From positions 12,021-76,020 of the forward strand of contig JBBTRF010000002.1 in NCBI GenBank assembly GCA_038065315.1: 64,000 nt of DNA. The letters run 5' to 3'. Each line of letters starts with the position of its first letter. Position 1 is the stretch's first letter. Source of the stretch: Patescibacteria group bacterium. GTDB lineage: Bacteria; Patescibacteriota; Minisyncoccia; Phycocordibacterales; JBBTRF01. This document shows positions 38,838 to 48,299 of this stretch, piece by piece. The notes under the pieces are model-generated. The model worked only from the letters and a program-made list of their open reading frames with translations. It did no database searches and was not told the DNA's origin. A program made the translations under genes and the position numbers.

Positions 38838-41402
38838 ATGAAACCGAGCTTCTTAGAGCGATTTGGCAAGCTATTTGGCGACGAGAACGAAAAGGCCTTG
38901 AAGAAGGTGCGTCCTTTGCTGCCCAAAATCAACGCTTTGGAGCCGGAAATACAGAAGTTGACCGATGTGCAGCTGAAAGCGAAAACTGCCGAATTTAAGG
39001 CACGGATCGCCGCGGGCACCACACTCGATGCACTTTTGCCCGAAGCTTTTGCCGTGGTTCGCGAAGCGTCGCGCCGTACCCTCGGCCAACGACATTTTGA
39101 TGTGCAGCTGGTGGGTGGTGCGATCATCCATGGCGGTGGTATTGCCGAGATGCGTACCGGCGAGGGCAAGACCTTGGTGGCGACCTTGCCTGCGTACCTT
39201 AATGCCCTCGCCGGTAAAGGAGTTCACGTGGTGACCGTGAACGACTACCTCTCGCGCCGCGACGCGGTATGGATGGGTAAAATCTATTCCTTCCTCGGCT
39301 TGTCGGTGAGCGTGCTCAATCATGAAGCGTCGTATTTGTATGATCCAGCGCATGTTGCACCGACACAGACTGAGGCAGAAGCGTTCGAGAAAAAGGAAAC
39401 CGAGCAAGGATTTTTCAAGGTGGTGCACGAATTCATGCGCCCATGCAGTCGCCGCGATGCGTACCTTGCCGACATCACCTACGGCACCAACCACGAATTC
39501 GGCTTCGACTATCTGCGCGACAATATCGAGTATGAGTCAAAAATGCTTCGTCAACGCCCACCGGCCTGCGCCATTGTCGACGAGATCGACTCTATTTTGA
39601 TCGACGAAGCGCGCACGCCACTCATCATTTCTGCACCAGCGCGCGACTCCGGAGAAATGTATGCGCAATTTGCGAAGATTGCTGCGACGCTTGAGCAAGA
39701 GACCGACTACACTGTCGACGAAAAATTCCATTCCATCGCTCTCACCGATGCAGGCATCACCAAGGCCGAGAAGGCGATTGGTGTCGACAATATCTATACA
39801 GAAAAAGGTATTGCGTATGTGCACCATCTCGAGACTGCGGTGCGGGCGAAGGCGCTGTATCATCGCGAGAAGGAGTATGTGGTGAAGGAGGGCGAGGTCA
39901 TGATCGTGGACGAATTCACCGGTCGTCTCCAGCCAGGCCGCCGTTGGTCGGAGGGGTTGCATCAAGCTGTTGAGGCGAAGGAAGGTGTGAAGGTGCAGCA
40001 GGAATCGCGCACGTATGCGTCGATCACGTATCAGAACCTATTTCGATTGTACCCAAAGCTTTCTGGTATGACGGGCACCGCGCTCACCTCGAAAGAAGAA
40101 TTTTTTAAAGTGTACGGCCTTGAGACGGTTTCGATTCCGACGCACCGCGAGATCACGCGAAAGGATCACAACGACCAGATTTTCCAAACCGAGGCGGGAA
40201 AATTTCAGGCCATCGCTCGCAAGGTGAAGGAGCTCAATACCAAGGGCCAGCCGGTGCTCATCGGTACTGTGTCTATTGAGAAAAACCAGCTCTTGTCGGC
40301 TTTTTTGAAGCAGGAGGGTGTGAAGCATGAATTGCTGAATGCGAAGCCCGAATACGCGGAGCGAGAGGGCGAGATCGTGGCGCAGGCGGGCAAGCGCGGT
40401 GCAGTCACCATCTCGACCAACATGGCCGGCCGAGGCGTGGATATCAAATTGGGCGGTGCGACTGCCACTCCAGCTGAATACGAAGAGGTGAAGGCGCTCG
40501 GTGGGTTGTTTGTGCTCGGTACCGAACGCCACGAGGCACGACGCATCGACAATCAGCTTCGAGGTCGTGCTGGCCGACAGGGTGACCCGGGTGACACGCA
40601 ATTTTTCGTGTCGCTCGAGGACAATTTGATGCGTATTTTTGCTTCGGATACCGTGAAAAAGATGATGGGCCGATTGAACATTCCCGATGATCAGGCAATC
40701 GAAAATATCATTATCACCAAATCGCTCGAAAGCGCGCAGACCAAGATCGAAGGTTTCCATTTTGACGCGCGAAAGCAGGTGCTCGAGTACGACGATGTGT
40801 TGAATCTCCAGCGATTGAGTATTTATGAAAAGCGCCGCAAGGTGCTGCTTGGCACGCAGGCCGATGTTGATGCCGCCCTCGACCAATATGTGGTTGAATC
40901 CGGATCCGTCGAATTGGCTGAGGCAATCCGCAAAGTGATCGCTGAGAAGCGCGAGAAGCTCGGCGAAGCAGAATTTTATGCCACTATCCGCCGCCTGCTT
41001 TTACAATCGACCGACCTTTTCTGGGTGGAGCATCTTGAAGCGATGGACTATATTCGCTCGAGCGTACGTTTGCGTGCGTATGGTCAGCGTGATCCGCTCG
41101 TGGAATACAAGAAGGAAGGTTTGTTGCTTTTCAAGCGCATGGAGCAAAGTGCTCGCGAGCAGGTGTTGAAACTCCTCCCAAACATTGGCGCCGGTGCCTT
41201 TGTTGCCGACGAAAAAGCGATGCGCGAGACGCAGAAGAAGATGCACTTGATCAGCGGCGACGAGTCCGCACCTGCCAACGCTGCTGGCTCGGCAAACTCT
41301 GGCAAGGTCGCTATTGGCGACGGCACCTTCGCTAAGGTCGGCCGAAACGACGATTGTCCTTGCGGTTCAGGGAAGAAGTACAAGAAGTGTCATGGTGCGT
41401 AA
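38838..41402 (+). CDS. secA: Preprotein translocase subunit SecA
   Basis: EMRTGEGKT, VDEIDSILIDEARTP, QLRGRAGRQGDPG, C-terminal GRNDDCPCGSGKKYKKCH. Confidence 0.98.
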   Translation: MKPSFLERFGKLFGDENEKALKKVRPLLPKINALEPEIQKLTDVQLKAKTAEFKARIAAGTTLDALLPEAFAVVREASRRTLGQRHFDVQLVGGAIIHGGGIAEMRTGEGKTLVATLPAYLNALAGKGVHVVTVNDYLSRRDAVWMGKIYSFLGLSVSVLNHEASYLYDPAHVAPTQTEAEAFEKKETEQGFFKVVHEFMRPCSRRDAYLADITYGTNHEFGFDYLRDNIEYESKMLRQRPPACAIVDEIDSILIDEARTPLIISAPARDSGEMYAQFAKIAATLEQETDYTVDEKFHSIALTDAGITKAEKAIGVDNIYTEKGIAYVHHLETAVRAKALYHREKEYVVKEGEVMIVDEFTGRLQPGRRWSEGLHQAVEAKEGVKVQQESRTYASITYQNLFRLYPKLSGMTGTALTSKEEFFKVYGLETVSIPTHREITRKDHNDQIFQTEAGKFQAIARKVKELNTKGQPVLIGTVSIEKNQLLSAFLKQEGVKHELLNAKPEYAEREGEIVAQAGKRGAVTISTNMAGRGVDIKLGGATATPAEYEEVKALGGLFVLGTERHEARRIDNQLRGRAGRQGDPGDTQFFVSLEDNLMRIFASDTVKKMMGRLNIPDDQAIENIIITKSLESAQTKIEGFHFDARKQVLEYDDVLNLQRLSIYEKRRKVLLGTQADVDAALDQYVVESGSVELAEAIRKVIAEKREKLGEAEFYATIRRLLLQSTDLFWVEHLEAMDYIRSSVRLRAYGQRDPLVEYKKEGLLLFKRMEQSAREQVLKLLPNIGAGAFVADEKAMRETQKKMHLISGDESAPANAAGSANSGKVAIGDGTFAKVGRNDDCPCGSGKKYKKCHGA

Positions 41403-41574
41403 GAGAGTCATAAATGGTAAGCCAACACTCCTGCCCGGCGGCCGCTCGCTCGAGCACTTGTCGCATTTTTGGTGTGCGGCGTGCAAGAAGTGGTGGAGTA
41501 TTGGCGACGCACCGATAAAGCGCGTACAATGGTACTGTCCGTGGTGCGGGGTGGCGAATAGCTATAAAAAGTAA
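41392..41574 (+). CDS. Small zinc-ribbon protein (60 aa)
   Basis: CAAC...CPWC; fills the secA-cls gap; its stop overlaps the next ATG (TAATG). Confidence 0.65.
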   Translation: MVRKRVINGKPTLLPGGRSLEHLSHFWCAACKKWWSIGDAPIKRVQWYCPWCGVANSYKK

Positions 41575-42659
41575 TGTCTGAACAAACTCACGACTGGAAA
41601 TTCTATCTCACCTCCGCGGAGGCGTGGGAGGGGATGCTCGCGGCTTGTGAGGCGGCAAAGACCGCGATCGATTTTGAGGAGTTTATTTTTGAAAATGATG
41701 CGATCGGTGCGCGCTTTGCGGACGTGCTTTCCCGCAAAGCGCGCGAAGGAGTGCGTGTTCGCCTGCTTCTCGATATGGTGGGCAGCATTTTTCTGCTCGG
41801 CGCGCCGATCGTGAATCAAATGCGCGACGCAGGTGTCGAGGTGGTCTTTTTCAGCCCCGTCCGCCCTTGGAAATTTCTCCGATTCAAAGTCTGGCTGCTG
41901 CGCGACCATCGCAAGCTCATGGTGGTGGATCGTCATGTCGGTTTTGTCGGCGGCGTCTGTATTGGCGATGCTTTTGCACATTGGCGCGATACCCAGGTAC
42001 GGATCGAGGGGAATATCGTGGTGCATCTACAAGAAGCTTTTGATCATATGTGGTGGACAGGGAAGAAGGATTCAGAAAAAGTCTTTCGTTTTCCGGAGCA
42101 TCGCACGACCGAAGATGGTTTCCGCTTGCTCACCAATGCGCCCCATGCGCGCCAGCGTTTTATCAACTCCACCTTTGTCGACGTGATGCGCAATGCGAAA
42201 CGTTCCCTCTACCTCACCACGCCGTATTTCGTGCCCGATCGAAAATTCTTCCGCGTGTTGCGCCTCGCGGCTCGCCGTGGCACCGATGTGCGCCTGTTGG
42301 TACCGGAGAAATCCGATCATCCGTATGTCGATCTCGCTTCGAATGCCCACTTCCGAAAAGCCTTGAAATCCGGCGTGCGCATCTATCGGTATCCGAAGGT
42401 GATGATCCATGCCAAGACGATGGTGGTGGACGACGAATGGTGTTCGGTTGGCAGTGCAAACCTCGATAACCTCAGTTCTTTTTCCAATTATGAACTAAAT
42501 CTCACCTCGACCGACCGGCGATTTGTCGAAGAGCTCCGTAACCAATTTTTGGGCGATATCGCCGGCGCAAAAGAGGTGAAAGCTGAAGAGTGGAGGAACC
42601 GTCCAGGTATTCTGAAAGTCCTCGAAGGCATCTGTTTGCCGTTCGGTCGGTTTTTTTAG
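41574..42659 (+). CDS. cls: Cardiolipin synthase / phospholipase D (ClsB-like, no N-terminal TM)
   Basis: Two HKD motifs: DHRKLMVVD and IHAKTMVVD. Confidence 0.88.
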   Translation: MSEQTHDWKFYLTSAEAWEGMLAACEAAKTAIDFEEFIFENDAIGARFADVLSRKAREGVRVRLLLDMVGSIFLLGAPIVNQMRDAGVEVVFFSPVRPWKFLRFKVWLLRDHRKLMVVDRHVGFVGGVCIGDAFAHWRDTQVRIEGNIVVHLQEAFDHMWWTGKKDSEKVFRFPEHRTTEDGFRLLTNAPHARQRFINSTFVDVMRNAKRSLYLTTPYFVPDRKFFRVLRLAARRGTDVRLLVPEKSDHPYVDLASNAHFRKALKSGVRIYRYPKVMIHAKTMVVDDEWCSVGSANLDNLSSFSNYELNLTSTDRRFVEELRNQFLGDIAGAKEVKAEEWRNRPGILKVLEGICLPFGRFF

Positions 42660-42692
42660 CTTCCCGCCAAGGGGAAACTGACCTGAACAGGG

Positions 42693-42789
42693 GGGCGGCG
42701 CAGTGAAAAAGAGTACCCGCGGATTTTTCATACTTTTCTCATACTTTCGTATGAAAAATCCGCACCTACGCAAAAACGCCTCGCCGCCC
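42693..42789. repeat. Long intergenic palindrome
   Basis: Perfect 15-bp IR GCGGATTTTTCATAC/GTATGAAAAATCCGC inside outer GGGCGGCG/CGCCGCCC arms. Confidence 0.85.
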
Positions 42790-42841
42790 AGTCCCATTTT
42801 GATACTCACGGCCTACTCGTCAAAACTTTTTTGCTCACTGA

Positions 42842-44227
<1,386 letters not shown>

Positions 44228-44250
44228 ACTAGAAGGGGCTTTTTAGGCGC

Positions 44251-44278
44251 TTGCATTTATTTTTGGCTGTCCTATAAT
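44251..44278 (+). promoter_or_regulatory. Promoter for the repeat RNA
   Basis: TTGCAT-16-TATAAT; predicted +1 near 44285, the first base of repeat 1. Confidence 0.65.
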
Positions 44279-44284
44279 TAGTCC

Positions 44285-44448
44285 ACTCTAGCCGTAAATC
44301 CGGCTCCCGAGATTCCTCCCAGCGATGGGATGTTTCGCCAAGCGTTTCGCAACAAGGCCTTCACCTTTTACTTCAGGCATCTTGCGACAACGTAACTCTA
44401 GCCGTAAATCCGGCTCCCGAGATTCCTCCCAGCGATGGGAGGTTTCGC
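44285..44448 (+). repeat. Two 54-nt direct repeats (44285-44338 and 44395-44448) with a 56-nt spacer
   Basis: ACTCTAGCCGTAAATCCGGCTCCCGAGATTCCTCCCAGCGATGGGA(T/G)GTTTCGC, 53/54 identical. Confidence 0.97.
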
Positions 44449-44452
44449 TTTT
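44285..44452 (+). ncRNA. Candidate structured RNA antitoxin
   Basis: Own promoter, repeated hairpin/pseudoknot unit, terminal hairpin plus TTTT; convergent with the MazF-like gene. Confidence 0.55.
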
Positions 44453-44849
44453 ATAGGCTTCTACGCACTTTCTCTAAGAGTTGTTGAAAAGGGGCCGGTT
44501 CCATTCTCCACATTATTCTCGAAAGTCTTCGAGCACTTATCGTTCTCAGTTGAGAAAAAATAATGCCGTAGTAAATTCCGTCATGGGTGTGTCCATATAT
44601 GTACTGCCCATCTCTCTCCTTGCTTGTTGTCGGAGCGATAAGGAGCTTGTCTCTATTGTACTTCTTCAACACAATTACCGGTCTTTCAAATTTTTCATGT
44701 TTTCCATCTTCTTCTCTCCCGATATTCACCCCTAGACTAGCCCACCACACCTCGCCCTCCTTGAACGGTGTAAAAATTTCAGTTGCGTCCAACGTTTTCT
44801 TTATCGTATTCCACCTGTCGAAATCTTTTTTGTATCCTAGGTCGTCCAT
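44451..44849 (-). CDS. PemK/MazF family endoribonuclease toxin (orphan)
   Basis: KEGEVWWASLGVNIGREEDGK...ERPVIVL...APTTS...SQLRTISARRL; leaderless after TGcTAAGCT. Confidence 0.88.
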   Translation of the reverse strand: MDDLGYKKDFDRWNTIKKTLDATEIFTPFKEGEVWWASLGVNIGREEDGKHEKFERPVIVLKKYNRDKLLIAPTTSKERDGQYIYGHTHDGIYYGIIFSQLRTISARRLSRIMWRMEPAPFQQLLEKVRRSL

Positions 44850-44922
44850 CTATTCAGCTTAGCAAAACACCGATAGAGAAACTGCCAAGAAAGGTTCAAG
44901 AAATCCCTAATTTCTGATAAAG

Positions 44923-44961
44923 AAAAAATAAAACCCGACGACAAATACTTGTCGTCGGGTT
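44923..44961 (-). terminator. Intrinsic terminator of the GNAT gene
   Basis: 13-bp perfect stem AACCCGACGACAA/TTGTCGTCGGGTT with an A run on +. Confidence 0.8.
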
Positions 44962-44965
44962 CGCC

Positions 44966-45538
44966 TCAAATGACGCCGGTCTTCTGATACTTCTTCCACA
45001 GCGGCAGCCAGCTTTCGCGAAACACCGCGAGCCAGATCTCGTCGTAGAAAACGCCATCCCGGAAGAACTGCGCCTTGCGACGAGCTTCTTCCCGATATCC
45101 GCACTTTTCGCTGTAACGCTTGCTCCGCCCGTTGAAGGCGAGCACGTTTGAGCTGATCTTGCGGAGTCCAAGGCGATTGAAGGCGTAGTCGAGCATCAGC
45201 ATCTTCGCTTCGCTGCCGTAACCCTTGCCCAAGTACTCCTTTTCTCCGATCATCGCGCCAGTGGTCGCGGTTCCGTTGATCCAATTGATCTGATGGATTG
45301 CCATCACGCCGATCGCCTTGCCGTTTTTGGTGGTAAGGATGAAGACGACATCGGTTTGCTTTTGTTCGGATACGCGCTCAAGCCATTTCTCTTCGTCCTT
45401 TTCCAACATCGGGAAATTGACCGCAAGGTAGTGATTTACTTCGGGGTCGTTGATCCAGCGCAAAAGAAGAGGGAGGTCTTTTTTGAGCGGGGGACGCAGA
45501 TTAACTTTTCGTCCAGCACGGAATACGAGTGTTTTCAT
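44966..45538 (-). CDS. GNAT family (RimJ/RimL-like) N-acetyltransferase
   Basis: LRP...WIND, GKGYGSEA, YAFNRLGLRKI, N..S...EKCGY..E. Confidence 0.9.
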   Translation of the reverse strand: MKTLVFRAGRKVNLRPPLKKDLPLLLRWINDPEVNHYLAVNFPMLEKDEEKWLERVSEQKQTDVVFILTTKNGKAIGVMAIHQINWINGTATTGAMIGEKEYLGKGYGSEAKMLMLDYAFNRLGLRKISSNVLAFNGRSKRYSEKCGYREEARRKAQFFRDGVFYDEIWLAVFRESWLPLWKKYQKTGVI

Positions 45539-45614
45539 GGGATGTGTTTTTTGCAATGAACTACACGGCCGCAAGATCGCTCTTGCTTTTCGAACCGTAC
45601 TGAACGCGGAACAG

Positions 45615-45644
45615 AAAATCCCGACTTTCGTTCAGTCGGGATTT
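45615..45644 (-). terminator. Terminator/attenuator hairpin
   Basis: AAATCCCGACT/AGTCGGGATTT. Confidence 0.65.
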
Positions 45645-45669
45645 GTCTAAATAGTATTGGAGTCAGCGA

Positions 45670-45804
45670 TTACTGATTACAATAGGGATTTACACACATT
45701 GCGACTGAATAAAACGGGCTGTCGGTGTCCTTTCGGGACGCGACGAAGACGCCATAGAGGGTGGCGTTTGGTCCGATATTCATATGTTCGCATGGGTAAT
45801 GCAT
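45670..45804 (-). CDS. Candidate leaderless 44-aa peptide
   Basis: TTGACT-17-TATTAT (extended TG) places +1 on the ATG; followed by a terminator hairpin. Confidence 0.4.
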   Translation of the reverse strand: MHYPCEHMNIGPNATLYGVFVASRKDTDSPFYSVAMCVNPYCNQ

Positions 45805-45892
45805 GAGAGTATAATAGCACGGGTGTAAAATAAAGTCAAATACTTTACATACATTAAAAACCATGTTACGGTGGGTCCAGAAAGCTTGAATT

Positions 45893-46291
45893 ATGCCGAC
45901 ACTATACTCACTATCGACCACCATTCCTTTAGATGCCAACGGTAACCCAATAGGCGAAAGTGCCCCAACAACAGCAGAGATCCTCGCGACATCTGGTCTA
46001 CTCCATCTGTTTCTGGGCAGTAGGTTTCTGGTGGAGGACGATGGCGGAGTCCGGAGAGTTCAGGTTGACGAAATGCTGACATTTCCCCTGACTGACACGG
46101 TCAATTTTCACCCAAAAAGTGCGTGCCCTCAATTACTACTCCTTGCGAACCTGGTTCCATTACGGGAAGCCGAGCCAGCGATTGCGGACAGAGAGGCAAG
46201 AACATTTTGTCTCTGCGGAGTCTGTGTTGTATCACAGCAACAATTGAATTTTTACTTCCAAGAGGGAAGACTCAAAGTCCGCATCAGTTGA
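45893..46291 (+). CDS. Hypothetical protein
   Basis: 132-aa ORF with H/C cluster (CLCGVC), followed by a terminator. Confidence 0.55.
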   Translation: MPTLYSLSTTIPLDANGNPIGESAPTTAEILATSGLLHLFLGSRFLVEDDGGVRRVQVDEMLTFPLTDTVNFHPKSACPQLLLLANLVPLREAEPAIADREARTFCLCGVCVVSQQQLNFYFQEGRLKVRIS

Positions 46292-46304
46292 AGGGTTTGT
46301 GTCG

Positions 46305-46338
46305 AACCACTCCTTGCCCCAGGCAGGAGCGGTTTTTT
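46305..46338 (+). terminator. Intrinsic terminator
   Basis: AACCACTCCTTGCC/GGCAGGAGCGGTT plus T run. Confidence 0.7.
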
Positions 46339-46401
46339 ATTTACCTGGATCCTGTGCTTCCGAAGGGATGGATCGGGGTCGTGCAGGATTTTCAGACAAA
46401 G

Positions 46402-46436
46402 AAAAAACCGCGTGGCGCACTGGGCGTCACGCGGTT
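46402..46436 (-). terminator. Intrinsic terminator
   Basis: AACCGCGTGGCGC/GCGTCACGCGGTT with an A run on +. Confidence 0.7.
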
Positions 46437-46455
46437 CGAGAGTGTCAGTCAGGCT

Positions 46456-46863
46456 TTACTTTTTCATGTCTTCATCAGGGATCAATTCAGCGGTCTGGAG
46501 ACACATGGGTGAATCGAAGCAGAAGTAGGTTCCGTCCTTGGACCGACCGAAGCTGGTGAGCCAGACAGTCACCCTGTCGCCAACCTGTAGCGGCTTGCCG
46601 CTGAAGGCGAGGGGGCGGTAGGTGGGGTCGCCGTCGGTCCAGACTTCGACCTGATACAGTCCGTGATATTCCACGACTCGGGTCACCGTACCGGTCTGGA
46701 CCTTTGGCCCGTAGATCGGAACAGACTTGGCGATGAGGCGGATCTCTTGTGAGGATTTGTCATCCGGTGCGAAATGCGCCCAGGCAATGAGAGTCAACAC
46801 CGCGGCGATAAAAATGCAACCGAACCGGGTGACAGAGCGGAATTCTTTGTCGAGAGTCTTCAT
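46456..46863 (-). CDS. Hypothetical single-TM protein (possible OB-like beta domain)
   Basis: N-terminal TM; TGTVTRVV...LQVGDRVTV; promoter TTGACT-18-TATAAT at 46955-46984. Confidence 0.65.
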   Translation of the reverse strand: MKTLDKEFRSVTRFGCIFIAAVLTLIAWAHFAPDDKSSQEIRLIAKSVPIYGPKVQTGTVTRVVEYHGLYQVEVWTDGDPTYRPLAFSGKPLQVGDRVTVWLTSFGRSKDGTYFCFDSPMCLQTAELIPDEDMKK

Positions 46864-47032
46864 GTGTGGAGTGCAAATGAACCGATACATACTGAGGGTA
46901 TGCGCCTTGTCGGGGTGATGGATTACTCTGCATCAACACCCTAACGCTGGTAGTATTATAGCACGCAATATGGCAAAAAGTCAAGGTCTGGGAAATGGCT
47001 CAGATGAAGGTTATTTTGCGCCAAAGAGAAAG

Positions 47033-47063
47033 AAAAAAGCGCGCAACCGGAGTTGCGCGCTTT
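47033..47063 (-). terminator. Intrinsic terminator
   Basis: AAAGCGCGCAAC/GTTGCGCGCTTT. Confidence 0.75.
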
Positions 47064-47103
47064 GCGTATGTTTGGCCGTTTCCGACCTTTTGAGAAGCCG
47101 TAT

Positions 47104-48135
47104 TCACACCCGAAACGTATCGGCCTCGCGGGCGAAGCAGAGCTTGGTGCCGGGGAAAGCCTCGGCAAACTCCGCCTGCATTTCGGCTTCGAACTTGCGG
47201 AGGTCCGCATCAGGCCGGCTCGGATCGTGATGGCCGACGAGGATCGTGCCCGGCACGACTTCGCATTGGCTGAGTGCGGCGCGGAGCATGCCTGGTGTCG
47301 AGTGACCCCAACCTTTGCGGCTCATGGCCGGTCCACCGGCGATGCCTGCTTGGCCAGCATGCTCTTCGTCGCGATACTGCACATCGACATAGAGAATGGC
47401 AGCACCGGAGACAAACTTCGCGTATTCAGCACGATGAGTTTCGTCGGACAACTCCTCGTCGGTGGTGACGACCACGTCTCCGTGAGGGAGAGCGATGCGG
47501 AAGCCGGCGGCTTGGCCGGGATGATTCAGCGGCAAGGTCTTCACCGAGACATCGCCGACCTGCAGCGAGCTGCCAAGGGCGAATTCCTGGATCGAGTGCG
47601 TGATGCCGAAGGTCGCGGGCGAGACGGGCCAGGTGTCGGGCGAGAAGTCGCCAGCAAGCACTTCACGGAAGGAGCGGCCTGGCAGGATCGGCGTGTGGAT
47701 CGAGCGCACGTAGCCGTTCTTGAACAGCATGGTGTTGCTCTGGACTCCCGCACGATGATCCATGTGGAAGTGTGTCTGGAGACCGTTCACGCCGGTGACC
47801 TGGCGCTCGCGGAAGAACTCCGCGACGCGGGGGACGCCGGTGCCGTTATCGATGAAGATCCCCATGCCACCTGGCAGGACGATCCCGAGGGCCGTCGTGT
47901 TGGTGCCGAATTCGGTCCGAAACGAGTGCGGTCCGACCGGAGCTTCGTCCGCGATCGGGCCGGAGCTCATTGGGCCTATCGGGCCGCCATTGATTTTCAC
48001 AGCCGGTGCAGGGCTAGTGCCGCCGCAGCCGCCGATGAAGAAGAACGCGGTTTCCGATTGCGTGAGCGCCGGGAAGGGCGGGGCCGATACGCTGACGGTG
48101 GGGGCGAGACTGTTTACTGAGGCATTGGTGTTCAT
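47104..48135 (-). CDS. MBL-fold metallo-hydrolase (RNase Z/PhnP-like)
   Basis: THFHMDH, LNHPG, GWGHS, GHHDP, AREA; SD GAAAGGA. Confidence 0.88.
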   Translation of the reverse strand: MNTNASVNSLAPTVSVSAPPFPALTQSETAFFFIGGCGGTSPAPAVKINGGPIGPMSSGPIADEAPVGPHSFRTEFGTNTTALGIVLPGGMGIFIDNGTGVPRVAEFFRERQVTGVNGLQTHFHMDHRAGVQSNTMLFKNGYVRSIHTPILPGRSFREVLAGDFSPDTWPVSPATFGITHSIQEFALGSSLQVGDVSVKTLPLNHPGQAAGFRIALPHGDVVVTTDEELSDETHRAEYAKFVSGAAILYVDVQYRDEEHAGQAGIAGGPAMSRKGWGHSTPGMLRAALSQCEVVPGTILVGHHDPSRPDADLRKFEAEMQAEFAEAFPGTKLCFAREADTFRV

Positions 48136-48241
48136 ATGGTTTCCTTTCAATGAGCAACGGCGCGAGGGTTATTAGGTAGTATGTATTTGCTGAAACTCGC
48201 GCCGTTGTTCTGGGGTCATCGTATCGCCGAAGGGCAAGTGG

Positions 48242-48280
48242 CACAATACATTTTGTCGAATAATTCGACAGAAAATTGTG
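48242..48280. promoter_or_regulatory. Palindromic operator between the divergent MBL and TrmB genes
   Basis: TGTCGAA-TAA-TTCGACA flanked by CACAAT/ATTGTG. Confidence 0.6.
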
Positions 48281-48299
48281 ATGGTGCTAGAATAGCCTT

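Noticed and set aside
44285-44448. CRISPR array
   Set aside because: Only two units; the 54-nt repeat contains a terminator hairpin; the spacer is itself structured; no cas genes in the window.
47053-48120. Long antisense ORFs (also 5908-6822, 8509-9366, 28186-29073, 37059-38126, 40038-40886, 50309-51883, 56240-57091)
   Set aside because: They mirror well-supported genes, have no motifs, and are expected from codon bias in GC-rich DNA.
48152-48210. Integron attC site
   Set aside because: AAC/GTT are present, but the RYYYAAC/GTTRRRY boxes are not matched, it lies 5' of the gene, and there is no intI.
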